Positions 14,201 through 29,200 of a stretch of 64,000 bases of DNA are shown in pieces. The stretch is from the NCBI GenBank assembly GCA_030141605.1, contig JAQGDQ010000188.1, forward strand, positions 248,001-312,000. The letters run 5' to 3'. Within the stretch, counting starts at the first letter, position 1, and each line of letters opens with the position of its first letter. The notes below the pieces were generated by a model. That model ran no database searches and was not told the DNA's origin. It worked only from the letters and a program-made list of their open reading frames with translations. The stretch is from Tubiluchus corallicola (Eukaryota; Animalia; Priapulida). A program made the position numbers and the translations under genes.

Positions 14201-17200
14201 TACAATATAAGAATAACTTACTTCAGCAAAAAGTGTTTTGGTAGACAACCCTAAATCAGTCACTAACATAGTAACTCAAATTGAACAGATTATATAACAC
14301 GCAAATACGATAACGAGTTATTACGATAGTACTGGCCAATTACCAGAGAATTTCACAAATTCGACAATCATTACACAATGCACCATAATAATAGTAATTA
14401 TTGCAAACTGTTTGCTTGTTATTACAATATCAGAAGAGTGTTCTAAAGGTAGGTGTAATGTTACATTACCCTGCGATTGCTGTGGTAGTTGGATTGCTTC
14501 CTATGCATGCTTTCAGAACTATCGTCATCATCAGAAACTTCGCCTTCTTCATTATTTTGAAAGTTTGCATCCAGCTTTTTTGACTATAATAATGAAAAAC
14601 ATGATACATGGTCATCAAAAATAATGTATATAATTGTTATTGACACGGTAGAAGTTTTGAAGTCAAAACTACAGATTTTATCATTCATTTTCAAAGAAAA
14701 TTTAACTATGTGACCATGTCTCACTATTTCATAGTTCGAATTTGCTACAGTAAAATGTTTGTTAACTAAAATTTAAATGTCAGTGATAATGCAAGTACTA
14801 GCAGCAATAGAAATTCAAATAAGAATTGAAATGCATTTCAAACTGTCTTGATAATTTGCTTCTGTATTCAGACTTACTCTGACTAGAATTTTCCGCTTAA
14901 AGAACTCTGGTGCTGGAAGCCCGTTTAGAGATTTATCTACGGGCCGAGCATACAGCTTATCACCCAAGACCTTTTTCATGATCTGCACAACGACTCTCTG
15001 CTGAGAAATACTGCAGTGGTTCTCCACAACCAAGAACAAGGGATACCTGATAAACAAAACAGTTTAACAACATTCTACACCTGAATTGTGTTTCAATATT
15101 GGAAGCTTTTGCAAACAGAGATAAAAATGCCTAAATAATATAAAAAAAATACTAGTAAGAAGTCTCAAGTACATTGATTATTAATACTACCTGTGACAAT
15201 GTACCCTAAATGCTACAGACATTTCGGGAATGGCACAGAAGACTGCTTATTTTACAATGCAGTAGGAGTAATTACTTACTCTGAAACAGAAAAGGCATAT
15301 TCATTTACGATCTCCATAACAGATTTGAACGAGATTTTTGATGTGAGAGTATGTCCATGGAATACAACTGGATCATCATTAGCACCGTCCCATAAATGCA
15401 CTGAAATCCACAAGGCACAATAACAAACTTAATTGTCACTAGAAGTCACAAGTTTTACAAAGTTTTGCTTACTTTGTATGTTGCTTGGGGCTAGTGGATA
15501 AAGCTATAAACAAACATTAATTTTCTTCGGGAATTGCTCGCAGAACTGACAAAGCCTTAGCCCAGCTAAGTGACGTCTTGATATAACATGTCAACAAAAA
15601 AGAGAGTTTTTCAGCTTACATGAAGACTAAATCGATACTGACATTTGGTAAATTCTTCTAAGTCATTTTAGATGTGCTACGCTGCCCCATTAAAGGCAAG
15701 AAGCCCCTCAAGGCTAAAATGCTAAATGGCATGCTTGGAGAAAATTCCATGGTATAAAGAATGCAGTACTTCATTTGAATGCACGATGATTTTACACGTT
15801 CACAACAGAAAAAGATCCGTCAAGGTCAATAATATTTCTTTACTCACTGGTTTAACCACTAAAGTGAAACAATACAATTACTGGAAAACTCCAACGAGCC
15901 TGATGGATAATTTAATTTATCCTCTCTTAAGGAATTCTGAGCAAATGTTGAAAGAGTAAGCGAGAAGCTAAATAGAGAAATCTACAAGACATACACTTTT
16001 CTTGAAAGTACCTGAAACATAAATGTGTAACATTAACCTGAAAGACTATATGACTTAGTAAATAAATACACCAAAGTAAATAGACCGAGTTTAAGAAACA
16101 TTCTCATTTACAATAAATGCAACGAGGACCATGGTCAGAATTAGTTTTCGAATTTAATGTGACAAGTATCATCTCTAATCTCTACACAAAGAATTGAAGT
16201 CACTAGAGGGATACATTTAATAAGGTTTCTTCTAGGCTTAGCTTAGCAATCCCGGTCCTAACTGTGAGCATATTTTGCATGGAATTATATATAAATTATC
16301 AACATACATTGTGCAGCATCAATTGCCCACAATCACCATGGACGCTCGTCCATACTAATCTACAAACTTTTAGTTAGAACCCTAGAAGAACAAATGCTAA
16401 CTATCAAAATTCTAAGCATCACCATCATGCAACCACACACCAAAGTTAAATAAATGCATCTCATACTGGTCGGCAAGGATACTCATTAAAAAAACTAACA
16501 TCGTTTTCCACTAGTTCAGAGTCCGACCATTAAATGTCACAGCGGCATCTAACGCAAATAATTTTTAATGGGCAGCGACATCAAGCTGCCTTAAAGGCAT
16601 TGTTTGTCAAGCAAGCCAGCTGTGCACAGTGAGAAAGAATAGGACATTCAGCTGCCGAACGATGCTGAAGCATTATTTGAGGAGCACTGCGTATTGACAG
16701 GAGGCAATTACATTTACTGACACGGCAGAAAATTTCACAGTAAATATTTTGCCGCTCGAAAAACATTTGCACTCCACTTAATACGCATGACTGGCGTTAC
16801 CTAATCATGTTAAGTTTTCTCACAATATCGTATCACTCAGTTAAACTGAAGTACGTCTTTTAGGAGGCAATATACGTAATAACAACTACAATTTACCACT
16901 ATTATGAGATGTACAATTACATTACAAGTAGCTAAAATGCGAAAATTCTCTCAAATGTTTCCAGCATTTCTGTAATAATTAGCTGCGTCAAGATTGCCAG
17001 ATTTTGTAATTAAACATGCAATGTTGTAAAGACACTATGAAAGTTAAGTTCACCTTGAAAACGAAAAAACAGAAAATACATTTTATCTTTCATTAAAGAA
17101 ATACAAGGTAGAGAAGCTTTTGTTGTAATGTGAATAGGCAGATCAATGACTTGCTTCACAGTTGTAGAAAATTTGCTATATTCATTGATGCAGTGAATGA

Positions 17201-20200
17201 ACAAACAAAAATCTGCCTGCAATTGTTATCAGACCCATGCTGCGTGCAGGCGAATTATCCGTGATAAATTTAGAGTGCACAAATGATCCTAAAAACTACG
17301 TGATTTTTACAATGATTTATGACTAAAAAAACATAATATCTCAATTTATTTAGTAAGAACTACAGGAGAGTGACGTAGAAGTTTAGAGCCTAATTCACAA
17401 TCCAATGAGGCACCTACAAGGAATTTAAGGGGTTAAAACAAAGCGTATGTTAACCAAGAGACTAAACAGACAAGACTAGATTAATGGTGATTCCTGCTCT
17501 TACTCCATTCTTTTATGCCAAGCAAAATAAAAAGTCCGCTAAATGTATATAATTACATGAATTATGTGTATGAATACGTATGAGCACATATGTCTACATG
17601 TGCATACAAGCATACGTGTACAGATTTAGGGAACAATAAATAACATAATTTACCCTACAATCAAATATCAAGATTCTCCTCTATCAATACTAGCATCGCA
17701 ACAACAGACTTTACATTTTAACTTGTATTTTACAAAGAATAATGTCTTACTAAAATGACTAATTACTCACTTTCTATGCACCGGCAGCCACTCTGTAAAG
17801 CCCGAATATACCCTTCTACGCCTGCAGGTCCCTTTAGCTGGTCCTCTAACAAAAACCTAAACACAATTGCTCTTGTTATTACAAAAAATGAGAAAGCCAT
17901 TATCTTAAATTATTGAGTCACTATGAGATTCATGAGTAGAGCAAAACCTTCCTCAAAACTCCATTTAGCGACAATTCATTTTCAACAATGGTAAAGTTTG
18001 GCAAACATTTTCTTACTTAATTCGTTCATTTAAGCAGCGATTCATTTCATTTTAGCAACATCTTTTTGGCTTACTTAAAGTACCAAAACTTTGTTGTGTC
18101 GCCAAATTTTAACAATTCATACAGTTTTATGGTATATAAGGCAACAATTCACTTAATATCATGGCCCATCAGACCACTACTCTCTAAGCAATTGTTACAT
18201 TAACTTACTAATTCCAAAACAAATTAGAACAAATATTTCCAGGATAATTAGTAAACTCCATTAATTTATATCCATTATGCCATAAACCACTAGAGGTACT
18301 GACATGCCAACATATTTTGCACTTCAGCATACAGTAGTCCCTCTGCTGACGAAAAAAGTATATAGTGATACATAAATTGACTCGATGTGATTATATTAAA
18401 TTGAAACTTGATTTGAAAATAAAACGCAGCAACTACACTAATGCATAAAATGCACGCCATGCCCAAAATTACTTTAGCTGTTTCAAAACGTCGAGTAATC
18501 TTTTATTGCACTAACAATTAAGTGAATCAGCACGTACAAGAGTGGTAAATAGGATTGATGAGCTAATTAATTGCAGCAATATTGAACTATGGATAAGTTT
18601 TATGTCCTCAAATCCAGTACAAATGAAAATAGATGGCTCAATTTCAAAAAGCATGGCATACCAATCAATAGTTATGTCACGCAATGAATATAAAGAATCA
18701 TACGTATTATGAGACGTTGCTATAAAATAATGTGGCAGGGGATTCGTCATGTCTTGGCACACTGTACGATGTTCAGGGTCAAATATATCACAGTCATCAG
18801 ACATCAGGTATCGGGTGAAACCTGAAATTTGAAAAAGACTTTAATGAAAAAAATCACAGAAGTAGAACCATTGCCAAATAAAAAAAAAACAAAAAAGATA
18901 AGAGTCAAATCATAACTTTCCAATGACTGGCAGAACAAAGAAGTAACATTCACAAAAAAGAAATAATAACCAACTTGCCAGTTCCTAGCAAAACTAGAAG
19001 AACTGAAAATGTAAAGATTGCATATGCTTAACAAGACTTAGCTGTTAGCTAGCTTATCTTGTAACTAGACATTATTTTAATGCAGAAATTGACGGATACT
19101 TTAATTATTTAATTGACTGGATATTTAACTCCACAGCTGTTACAATTATATTTATGTAATTCAGGGGTGAAATTCTTTGCGTGCTGTGAATAAAATAGAG
19201 CAAACTCCAAGATGTTTCATATCAATGTCAATTAAGTTTAAGTTTAAATAAATAAATGGGCTCTTTATAGCCTTGGTTCAGTTGTTCACAGTAATTCTAA
19301 CAGTTCATCAATCAAAAATGTTTATTAATCTGGACTGACAACCACTTTCCAAATTTGAAGACATTAGGTGCCACTTAGCGGCTCAGGAAAAACACTTGTT
19401 GCAATACCATTCTAAATTTTTGCAGACTAATTTTTAATTTCGACAGTCTCATCATGTAGCAAAAAGGGCAATTCTCAACTCAGGTGCTTCAAGCTGATCG
19501 TTAACAGTTTATGTCACATTTTCACCAACTGCTGATTGCATTTTATGTGAGTATGTGACTCGCTCCAAACCCATTTAGGAGACAATCTGTAGCTTTACTA
19601 ATGTTGATTTTAAAAATATTTTTGTTGTTAGTTTTATCTGTAACCATGAAACCAGTCTCAGTTTCAGGATAATGGAATGGGCTCTAAATTTTATTGTATC
19701 TTCATAAAATTCATCAATTATTGTTCTGACAAACAACCTAGAAAAAGTAACGTGTGTATTTACATAGGTTACATATGTTTCTTTCTTCTAACATTCTCTC
19801 CTGTTTTCTAGCCAAACTTATTTGGTATGTAATTTGTAAGCAAAACTGTTACAATTTTATAAAAAAACATTCACTATATTCTAAGTATCTTGGTAACCAA
19901 AACAAAGCAGTGAGAAAACCTTGCTTCCTTGATAACTTTTAGCAAAAACAGTTATTCTCACAAGTGCAAATTATTGAGCAAGCTTATCACGTATTATTTA
20001 CCTTAATAGCAAAATATTCTTATAATAATTAATAATAATTATTGTTGCTTTTTGTTTGCCATTCTTTTTACTTGTAAAAAACTGCTTAATTTCCGTACAT
20101 GACACTCACAACAAATTCGTGTGGCAAATGTAGTTTGTACTCTGTATCAAATGAAGTCTCGGTTAGCGAACCATTTGCACAGAGTACACAGAGCTAGACT

Positions 20201-23200
20201 TGAATGCCATGTGATTTTGAACCGTACACCTTTAAATAAAGTTCTTATCTGTGTTTTAGCAGTAAATTAAAAGCAATAAAAAATACTGAATTAAAATGTG
20301 TATTTTTTAATTTTTATGATCACTGAAGTGATAAGCTCTCTGTGCAGTGTAAATGGACCAAGTCTCTTTCACCTTGTATATGAAACTTGTGTTGGTCGGA
20401 TTCAAACTTTTGCAATGTAAACATTAGATGTATTGCATTACATAGGAAATTAGTATCGTAAGTCAAATACTACAAACAGAACTTTACATATATTCCTTGT
20501 GCATTTGGGGTTTTGAATAATAGTAGTGACAAACAGTTTATGTCGTCAACACAAAATGCTCAGTTTCAACAAAAAGAAAAGACATAGTAGTGACTGTGCT
20601 TATTTTCGGGTATAACCGCTTATTTTTAAGTAGAATTACTCGTTTATACATACGGAAAAAACAGATTATATACCATAATCCTAGAGGAACCAATAAAATT
20701 ATCATCGAGTCAGTTATCTTCTATGAAATATTGCACAAATAAAATTCTGCAGGCTTAATGTTACTATTCAATAAGACTAGAAAATAAAAAAATATTGCCA
20801 AAAACAATTTTTACGTGTAAGAATATCAAATTAAAATAAACTTTAATATGTAAAAACGTTTAAAAATTCAATGAAGAAACGGGTATAAACATCTAAAATG
20901 ATAAAAAAATTACCACCCGTCTTTCATAATTGCAAACACAAGAGTTACAGCATTTATCTCATTAACGTACAAACATTAACACAATATAACACAAATTAAT
21001 CTAGGAAACCGTGACAAACACTAGTTTTTACAAATATTAGTTAGGCAAAGGATCAAATACACTCACCATCTATTCCTAGATAGCCCTTTTCCCTGCCTTC
21101 TGGTGTTGGTTCATACATCTCAATTAGTAACAAACACTTCTCTTTCGTAACATTTTTCATCTGAAAGTAAATCAATAAGTATTTGTCACGCGACTGACTA
21201 AAAATAATTGCTCACATACTATTCTTCTCAATGTCATTGCAATTTGGTACTGATGAGAAGCTGGGAAAAAAGGATCTGACAATGATCATTTCATTTGTCT
21301 ACCAATTTACGGAAGTATCTGTGAACAGCATGTTATCATTTGCAGTGTAAATCATTTCAAATGTACATCGAGCAAGAAAGGCTATATAAATGTGACTGCA
21401 TTAAGCAAGTATCTTACCCCTTGTTCTGCTTCCAAAAATAACATCAAATCATCCACCGTCATGTATTCATTACTTGCATACCTGCAAAATGTAAACCGCA
21501 TACAACCTAAGCAATCTTTATAAGCCTTTCCAATCTATGATAACGTGCCTTAGCTTGGCTAAGCAGGTCATAAATGTATTCTGCTTAAGTAATAACCCAC
21601 AAAGCGGTGATTAGAAATGATAGATTCGCTGTTTTATGTAGCAGCTGTAAGTTATGCATGTAGATTAACCATTAGAATTTACATTACAAATTAGATCTAC
21701 ACCCTGATGATGGTAATCATACAGACGACACGATCCTCAAACATGATTGCAGAAGCGCAATCACAGTTGATTTACATAGTACGATTTCCTAAAGCAAGCT
21801 CAAGATCAATATAAAGCTGATAGACTTTTTAGTTTGGAATTACACAGCTTTTGAATGAATGGGATTATAGACAACAAACATGTTAATTTTTATGAATTTG
21901 AGAACAAAGGTCGTAATGTGGCTTTGAAAACGGTAGATAAATCTTAAATTTAAAATTCATTTAATGTTCCTTCTTGTAACAGTATTTCAAAGCAGTTACT
22001 GTGAAGCCGCTTTTAAAAAAAATCTAAAGCAGTTTGTTTACTTATATGGAAAAAACAAACTTGCTGAGGCCAATTAAGGCCAAAATAATATCTTAAACAG
22101 TAGGCCGTACAAGCAGAAATCGGGTGTAGGTACTTTCATTTTAAGTTTTACATGAAGCACAGATCTGGCATCATAGCTAAATGTTGCCATTTTACTAAAT
22201 AAAATCATAAAAAAATGAAAGTTCAATATTGGTAATCACGAATATAACATAACCTTTTGATAGGAAGGTTACAAAAACAATGAATAATAGTATAGAACAA
22301 TTTATTACATCAAAGTATTGCTGAATCAAGAGAAATCTATTCAGTTCCCAAGATTTAGTGTGGAAACGTATACATCTTGCACAGCCTGCAATCCTGAAGT
22401 GTGCAGTCCATGCCTCGAAAAGATCAGCATTGAAATCAAGATCCTCTAACAAATCTTCCATATGTCTCACAAGCTTGTCTTTTGAATACGAATCAGTGGT
22501 AGTGATGTTCTTCGATCATCTTAGGCTGTTTTTCAGAATAGCTCAACTGTGTTTGGAGGGTTGAGTTTGGGGAATTTCCAGGCTACAGTTTCCAGGATTT
22601 AGTTTGATCTGCTCTGAACCTTTCTCTCAAGATTACAGACGTATGAGGCGTCATAACTAAATATTGAGGGAATGATAGGTTCTCTACTACTCAACAATAG
22701 TTTTATCTAATAAAATGTTCTGTACTACTATTACTACTACTAGTGATTGCTTTTGTACCACTTTAGCAAATTGTTATGTTACACCGTTTGTTAAAATTTC
22801 ATAATAAAATTAAGACACAGAAAAATTAGATAAAAGGTAATTTGAGTGTTGTTAATTGTATCAGAGTAACAAATCCAAACAAAATGATTATTCGCTTCTT
22901 TTACAACGCAGTATAAGACAGCTAACCAGCAAAATATATATGCAAACTTCAGGTTATGTAATTTCATCTGACAAATTAAAATCTGCATCAGCAGCATCGT
23001 ATCTATTTTCAAGATTTTTACATGCCAATTTTTATGTTGAACATCATGGTAGCTTAATTTAAACAATGCAAGATTGCCACAATACTTCATTATTTCTTGC
23101 ATGATGTAATAGTTGCTGACATCTGATCATTATAAATGTGTCTTCATAAGACATATACTAGTTGAGCAACAGAGTAACTACCAGAATAGGCTGTTTGGTC

Positions 23201-26200
23201 TCCATTATACAGCACCTTTCAGTTTATGTTAACAGTTAATAAAGCAGGCTGATACAAGGGCTGCATTATAACGATGATTACGCAGAAATCACTTTGTGCT
23301 CTTATTAATGGGCAAATACTCGAACTCCATGCACAAACAAGCAGACTGCACCATCAGCACGATGTAGCTTGATTAATAGAATGGCAATCACTGTTTACAC
23401 TTGCAAGGATTTTCTTTGGCAGCCATATTTCCAAGCAGGTTTTGAAACAATTTTCTTGAAATATTAGCAGCACCAGTGAATGTACAGAGTTTTGTCAGTT
23501 AAGAATTACCTATGCAGAACATAATTTAAGGGTGTAATCGAATTAAATTCTTAGTCATTTGTCAAAGCTAGTTGCCAGATGCAAATAATTTTTTAATTTG
23601 AAAAACACGACAAAAATGTTCTGAACTTGCTATTTTAGCAGTTTGGAAACACAATATTTAGTTTGTTAACACAACTGGTCTTTTCGCAGCATACCGATCA
23701 AAAACGTTAGTTTTTTTTTATTATTTTATAGAGATAGAGATCAGTGCAACACAATTTAGGATCCAGCATTCAAATGGTCCAGACGGTTGGGGCATTAATA
23801 TTTCATCTCATTAATATTTAACAAGAATTTAATCCTTTCAAATGAGAGACTAAACAGGCAAAAACGTTTAGACGTCTATAATTCCTCCCTCAGTGAGGTG
23901 AACAGCCAACAGCAGTGGGACAAATGAAACCATCCAGAAACAGTTTTCCAGTGGTCACCAATTCACTTATTGATCAGATTCGACAGTGCTCAACTTCAGT
24001 TGCAAAGCACACATCAAGAGTCATGACACATTACATTCACTTAATTTCAACGTGTGCAATAACTTTTTTGTATTACAAAAAAAATATATAAAACAAAAAC
24101 CACTCTCATCTTTATAAAAATGTAGTAGAATACCAAAAATGAAACTATAAATAATACAGATGATGATTCAAGTTTTAGAGGACAAGATCAAATTTGAGCA
24201 ATGAATTGTCACATTCAGTTTGAGAAACTTACTTTGAAACTCAATATCAAATGCTACAAACAACACTGCTAAAAAATGCAACTTCAAAAAACCAGCTCTC
24301 ACAGCCACCCTGCATTTAGACGTGAAACCTCTGATAAGAACTGAAGCAAGTTATGCTAGTTTGTGAAAGGTAAGTGAAAAATTACCAGTGCACAAATCAT
24401 TACTGCGCTAACTGCAATATATTTCCTGAATGAGCTCAGTAATAGCTTTTCATGAGATGCTATTGCATAACAGGTTGATAACACTGTAGCTTCGTGTGCA
24501 AATTACTTAAACTATAGTGACTTTCATGCCTGTAATTGCAAGTCCCTAATAGTATTTAATATTATTTAAATTTTATGAGATATTTTTCAAACACTACTTA
24601 TCTCAAATTTCATTTTATTCCACTGTTTTATTCCATCTGGTATCAGTTTAATATATTACAAAAATAAACTTGGTCAGCTAGTTGCAGTATTGCACTACAC
24701 ACACAGTTACTGCCAAAAGTGAAGGATAAGTGAATGTTAATTAAGTCAACTTGATTTATGTACTGAACCTGAATTAAAATTAATAGTGTCAAATGGAAGT
24801 TAGACATATAAAATTAAATACCAGCCTTTACATTAGAGTAAAGGTAATTTTATATATGCAGTAGGACAATAAATCAAAAATGCTGCAAAGCAACTTAGTG
24901 CTTAAACGAAATTACTTACCGTACAAGTAAAAAATAAATTTCAGGTCGAGTGGCCAATTCTTTATAAAGATCACAAAATTCTTTGCTGTTGATGTGCCCT
25001 TTTTCATCTTCAGATTTACTGTGCAGTAACTCCTGAAATGATTTTTATAAGTTAACCAATTGTGATATTAATTAATTTTGATTTATAACAGTTTATAATA
25101 ATTTTGGTTCAATCAGCAACTTCACTTATTTCAAACACACAGTTTAATTTACAAATATTAGAAAACCAAATTTCAAAAAAAGCCTAATAATGGTCATGTA
25201 ATCTTTTTAAAGGAAAATTATTATGATAAAAGCTTGTCCTATAGAATTTAGTTAACAAGGTCTTATAAAGACATTAAATATGCTGAGTTAATCCACTAGG
25301 TTAACAATCGGACATAATAATAAAAAATGTTAGGCCTAATTTCGCACAATCTAATAATAATTAGGTTGTGCAACAAATAAAAAATGCATGTCCAACTTTT
25401 CAAATATGGAAAAGTGGATGATCAGAAATGAGTCATGCATTGACGTAATGTCAGCAGATGCAATCGCCCATACAAATTCAGCATTAATTATTTAGATCAC
25501 AACTAAGCCTCTAATCATAACGTTAGTTTAATGAGCCCATATTTTACGCCAATCATTCCTCGGCAAAATGTCAGGCAATTATTTTTGCAGTAGATCTGCT
25601 AACTATCTTGAACAGTAAGCTAGCTCCCTCTTTAAAAACTATCATTGGAAGTGTTTCTATCTTTACTCTTCACATAATGAAAAATCACACAAAGAAAAAT
25701 GCCAATATTTAATCTAGCTCAATGAGCTTTGTCCTAGTGAAGCCACAGGATGCTTACAAAGAATTAGCGCCTAGAATCCTTCTTATAATACAGTATCATC
25801 CTTTGACATAAGATAGGATGTGCACAGTTGTATTGGCAGGCTAATCACAGGCTTACAGTACAGACTTCATGGAACTTGACAGGCTCAGCATCAATTAATG
25901 AGACGATTCTGCTGTTCCTCAGTCAATTTCATGCTAGAGTAGGATGAATTGTAATTTACCAGCAAAATCTGGCAGATAAATTCTCAAAATTACATTTTAG
26001 TTCTGTCCACCATGATATTTTTGACAAAGTCAACGTACATTACGACTTTAAGATGAGAAAGATACAAAACTAACAACAATAAAAGACAAGCTCCATAATG
26101 TTAATCTCCTCATTTCACCTTACATTAGAGTCACTTAACGTAAATTAATCTCTTCAATGAAACTTAAAATAGAATCACTTAACACAAATGGGTAATAAGT

Positions 26201-29200
26201 ACTCCATACTCCATTGCAATAACTTATCAATTTCTTGGCTCATTGACTGGCTGAGTATTTTACAAAATTGTTCATTCAACTAGTATGCACAATAACTGCT
26301 AATGTACTGTACAAGCACTGTGATGCAAAAGAAAGCAAGAGAATAATAAATTGCTTGGGCATTCAGTAACAGTTGACAAGCCATAACACTTAATAAAATG
26401 GTGAAGTCCTTATATAATCATTTCGCAGACAGACAGTAATATTCGAGGCATTCTTACATGACTGCATTCTACAAAAGCCATGCCATCTGAAGAGTTCCAT
26501 TAAATGTGTAAAAAGTGTTCGACTTACCTTGAATTTTAACTGTATGCGAGCTGTTGGTAAGCTGTCGTTCAACTTTTGTACAACTTCCACTACCTCCTCT
26601 TCTGACAGAGTTCTATTCTGCTCCTCAGTTACTGTCCTGAACACATCTTGCAACCACATACGCATATGTTAAGGCAAAGGCACACTACAACAGTATTGGA
26701 TCAAGATGCCAAAACAAAAATGGCCACAATAATTGTTTATTTTTTATCAAGATCATGTTTTAAAACTAGAACTTCTGCATGCTCAAGGCGGGATAGGTAC
26801 ATAGCCGACCAAAGCCAAACAGCAGCAGCACTTAAAGACAAAACAAGACGAAATTCAAGTATGGCATGTGCGACCTGATATATCCATACAGTTGGGCACA
26901 TGGCAAACCAGGATGCAATGGTGGTCAACAGCAGAATCTGCTTAATGAAGGTGGCTATGACAAGACCAACTTAGCTCATTATGAATCATAACCATTTGAG
27001 ATGAGTTAGTTAACTGGCAGAAATGTTTTACCTACATTCAGATGTCCATGTACATACATCTGCTCTATGAGAGAGAAATAACTAACTTCAGAAAGCAAAA
27101 CAAATCTCTCAAACACAAACTAGACCAGCAGTGCTTTAGTACATACTGACACTGGCCTTTACATTCATAGACAGACAAAAACACAACTTTTTTCACTGGA
27201 TAAACTGTACAGGTTTTATAAATTGGTACCCTGTCAGGAGGAATCCAGCATTCATCAGCACAGCCTACTTGACATTAACATTTGCGTGGTGAGACCAGAG
27301 CATGGTTATTATCAAGGTTAATCCTCTAAGATGAGCCACTGAACCAGAAGAGGCGCCTTTGATGTTTGATGGTCATGTTTGATGGTATATAAGATCTCCC
27401 TCAAGAAATGCAATGCACAGAGTGGGCACTGAATCTCACGAGCCATTTACTGACTAGTCATGATGTTGCTTAACTTTGATCACAAAGTAAAGTAGTTCAC
27501 CTATTTAACCGCCCACCAAACATATCCAAAAAAAACTCACTAACTGGACAAAGAACACATACTCACTGAATAATAAGATGCATGCATGTACATAAGCCTA
27601 GATTCAGAAGAAAAACTGAGCAATAGTTGGCCTTACATAATTCTAAAGATCAAGATATCAAACAAATATAGTTTCAGCAGTAAACTACATAAACCGAATT
27701 ACTCTGAATTGATTTAGACACAACTCTCAATCCAAAAACATGAAACACATATAGGCAGAACCCCTCATTTAAAGCGGTTTTTTCCCAAAAAGTTATGAAT
27801 TAAAAGTTAAGCCAATATTTCTTTACTTATGACACTTACAGATTTCAGCATGCCAAATGGGCAAATTATGAAAAGCTAAGTAAGATTTTGCTGCCAAACC
27901 TTAATCTATTTAATACTGACAGAGTCTAGAAATGGAAAAATAATATACGAGCAGCCCAACTCCAATCATTCATTGAAGACAAATCTCTTTCAAAGTGACA
28001 CACTAGAGAATGCTCGCTTTTAAATTATTCATATATCAATTATTTTTCACAGTCTGCTAAGGCTTGTAATCAAACCCTTACAATTTTGATATTCCCTTGA
28101 CCAGCAATTATAAAAATAACTAAAATAGCAAAAACGGTATCTAGTTATGACAAAATCAAAATTATAATGCAATACGTAGTAAAAGCATTACTGATAAGAT
28201 ATCAGCTAAGCATACAAACTGGAAAACTAAATTTCTTCTAACATTGCACTCAAAAATATGTATTTTACACAGCCTAACTGTCTAACAACCAATTTAATTT
28301 TGTTTCAGGGTAACTAACTGGACTTTGGAGACCAGATGTTCTCTACAAATGATAATGATATAACAGAGTTTCCTGTTCCCTAACATCACGTTTTTCAAAT
28401 CCCGTCACCTCAATCTACCGTACCATTAACTTGAATAATGATGCTTCTGCGGATTTATTTGTGCAGGCTTCTTTCTCCTTTGAAAGGCAAATGTCTTAAA
28501 TTGACTGATTTGCTCAAACAGCTAGTTTGCTTCAACTTGGCAAATAACGGCTCCTATTTGCCCATGTCTCTACATACCCTTTGTGTAAAACACAACAGTA
28601 AAATGAATCAGGGTAATGGTTTTGAAAATTCAGGCATTGTGTGTCCTGCAATTCAGAATTTTAGATCTTGTCATAAAAGATTGAAGATCTTGATTACTAC
28701 ACAAATGCAGCCATTTAGTAGGTCTATTTCTATGGCTGTATCATAGCAGCAGTTACATGCTTTTTGTGCATGGGAGAACGTGGATAGCTTCAGAGGAAAT
28801 CACGGGAAAGCAACCCCTTCTGAGCTTCTTTATAAATGCTATTTTAGTAAACCATTACGTTCATGCCAGATATCCTAATGGCAGCCGTAGACTAATTCTG
28901 GAAACACCAATGTTCAAATCATTACTGTATGTACGTCATCAGTAATGTTGCGCTTGCAGAAAAATACAAAATTTAAACGAAAATTGGTAAAAATTACAGG
29001 AAAAGGGATTTAAGATTTTGCTGTTCCTTGACAAGGCTACGTTTGTAATGCATTACAGCTGGAAAAGGACAGGCTGACAAGCAAATATTTCATAATTTGT
29101 CTAATTTGTCTAGTTGACATTGCAACACCCAATATCAATTCATTAAAAGGATATTCATCTCGCATACTACCACGGTCGTCGATATCTTGAGCTGAAAAAA

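Noticed and set aside
26640-26668. Alternative 3' ends for the U12 intron (AC within the branch site, AT 4 nt after it, AG in CAAG)
   Set aside because: The first two are inside or too close to the branch site; the AG shifts the frame and removes the conserved Trp.
27415-27480. tRNA-like or SINE head on the minus strand
   Set aside because: Only faint A/B-box resemblance and no cloverleaf; too degenerate to call.
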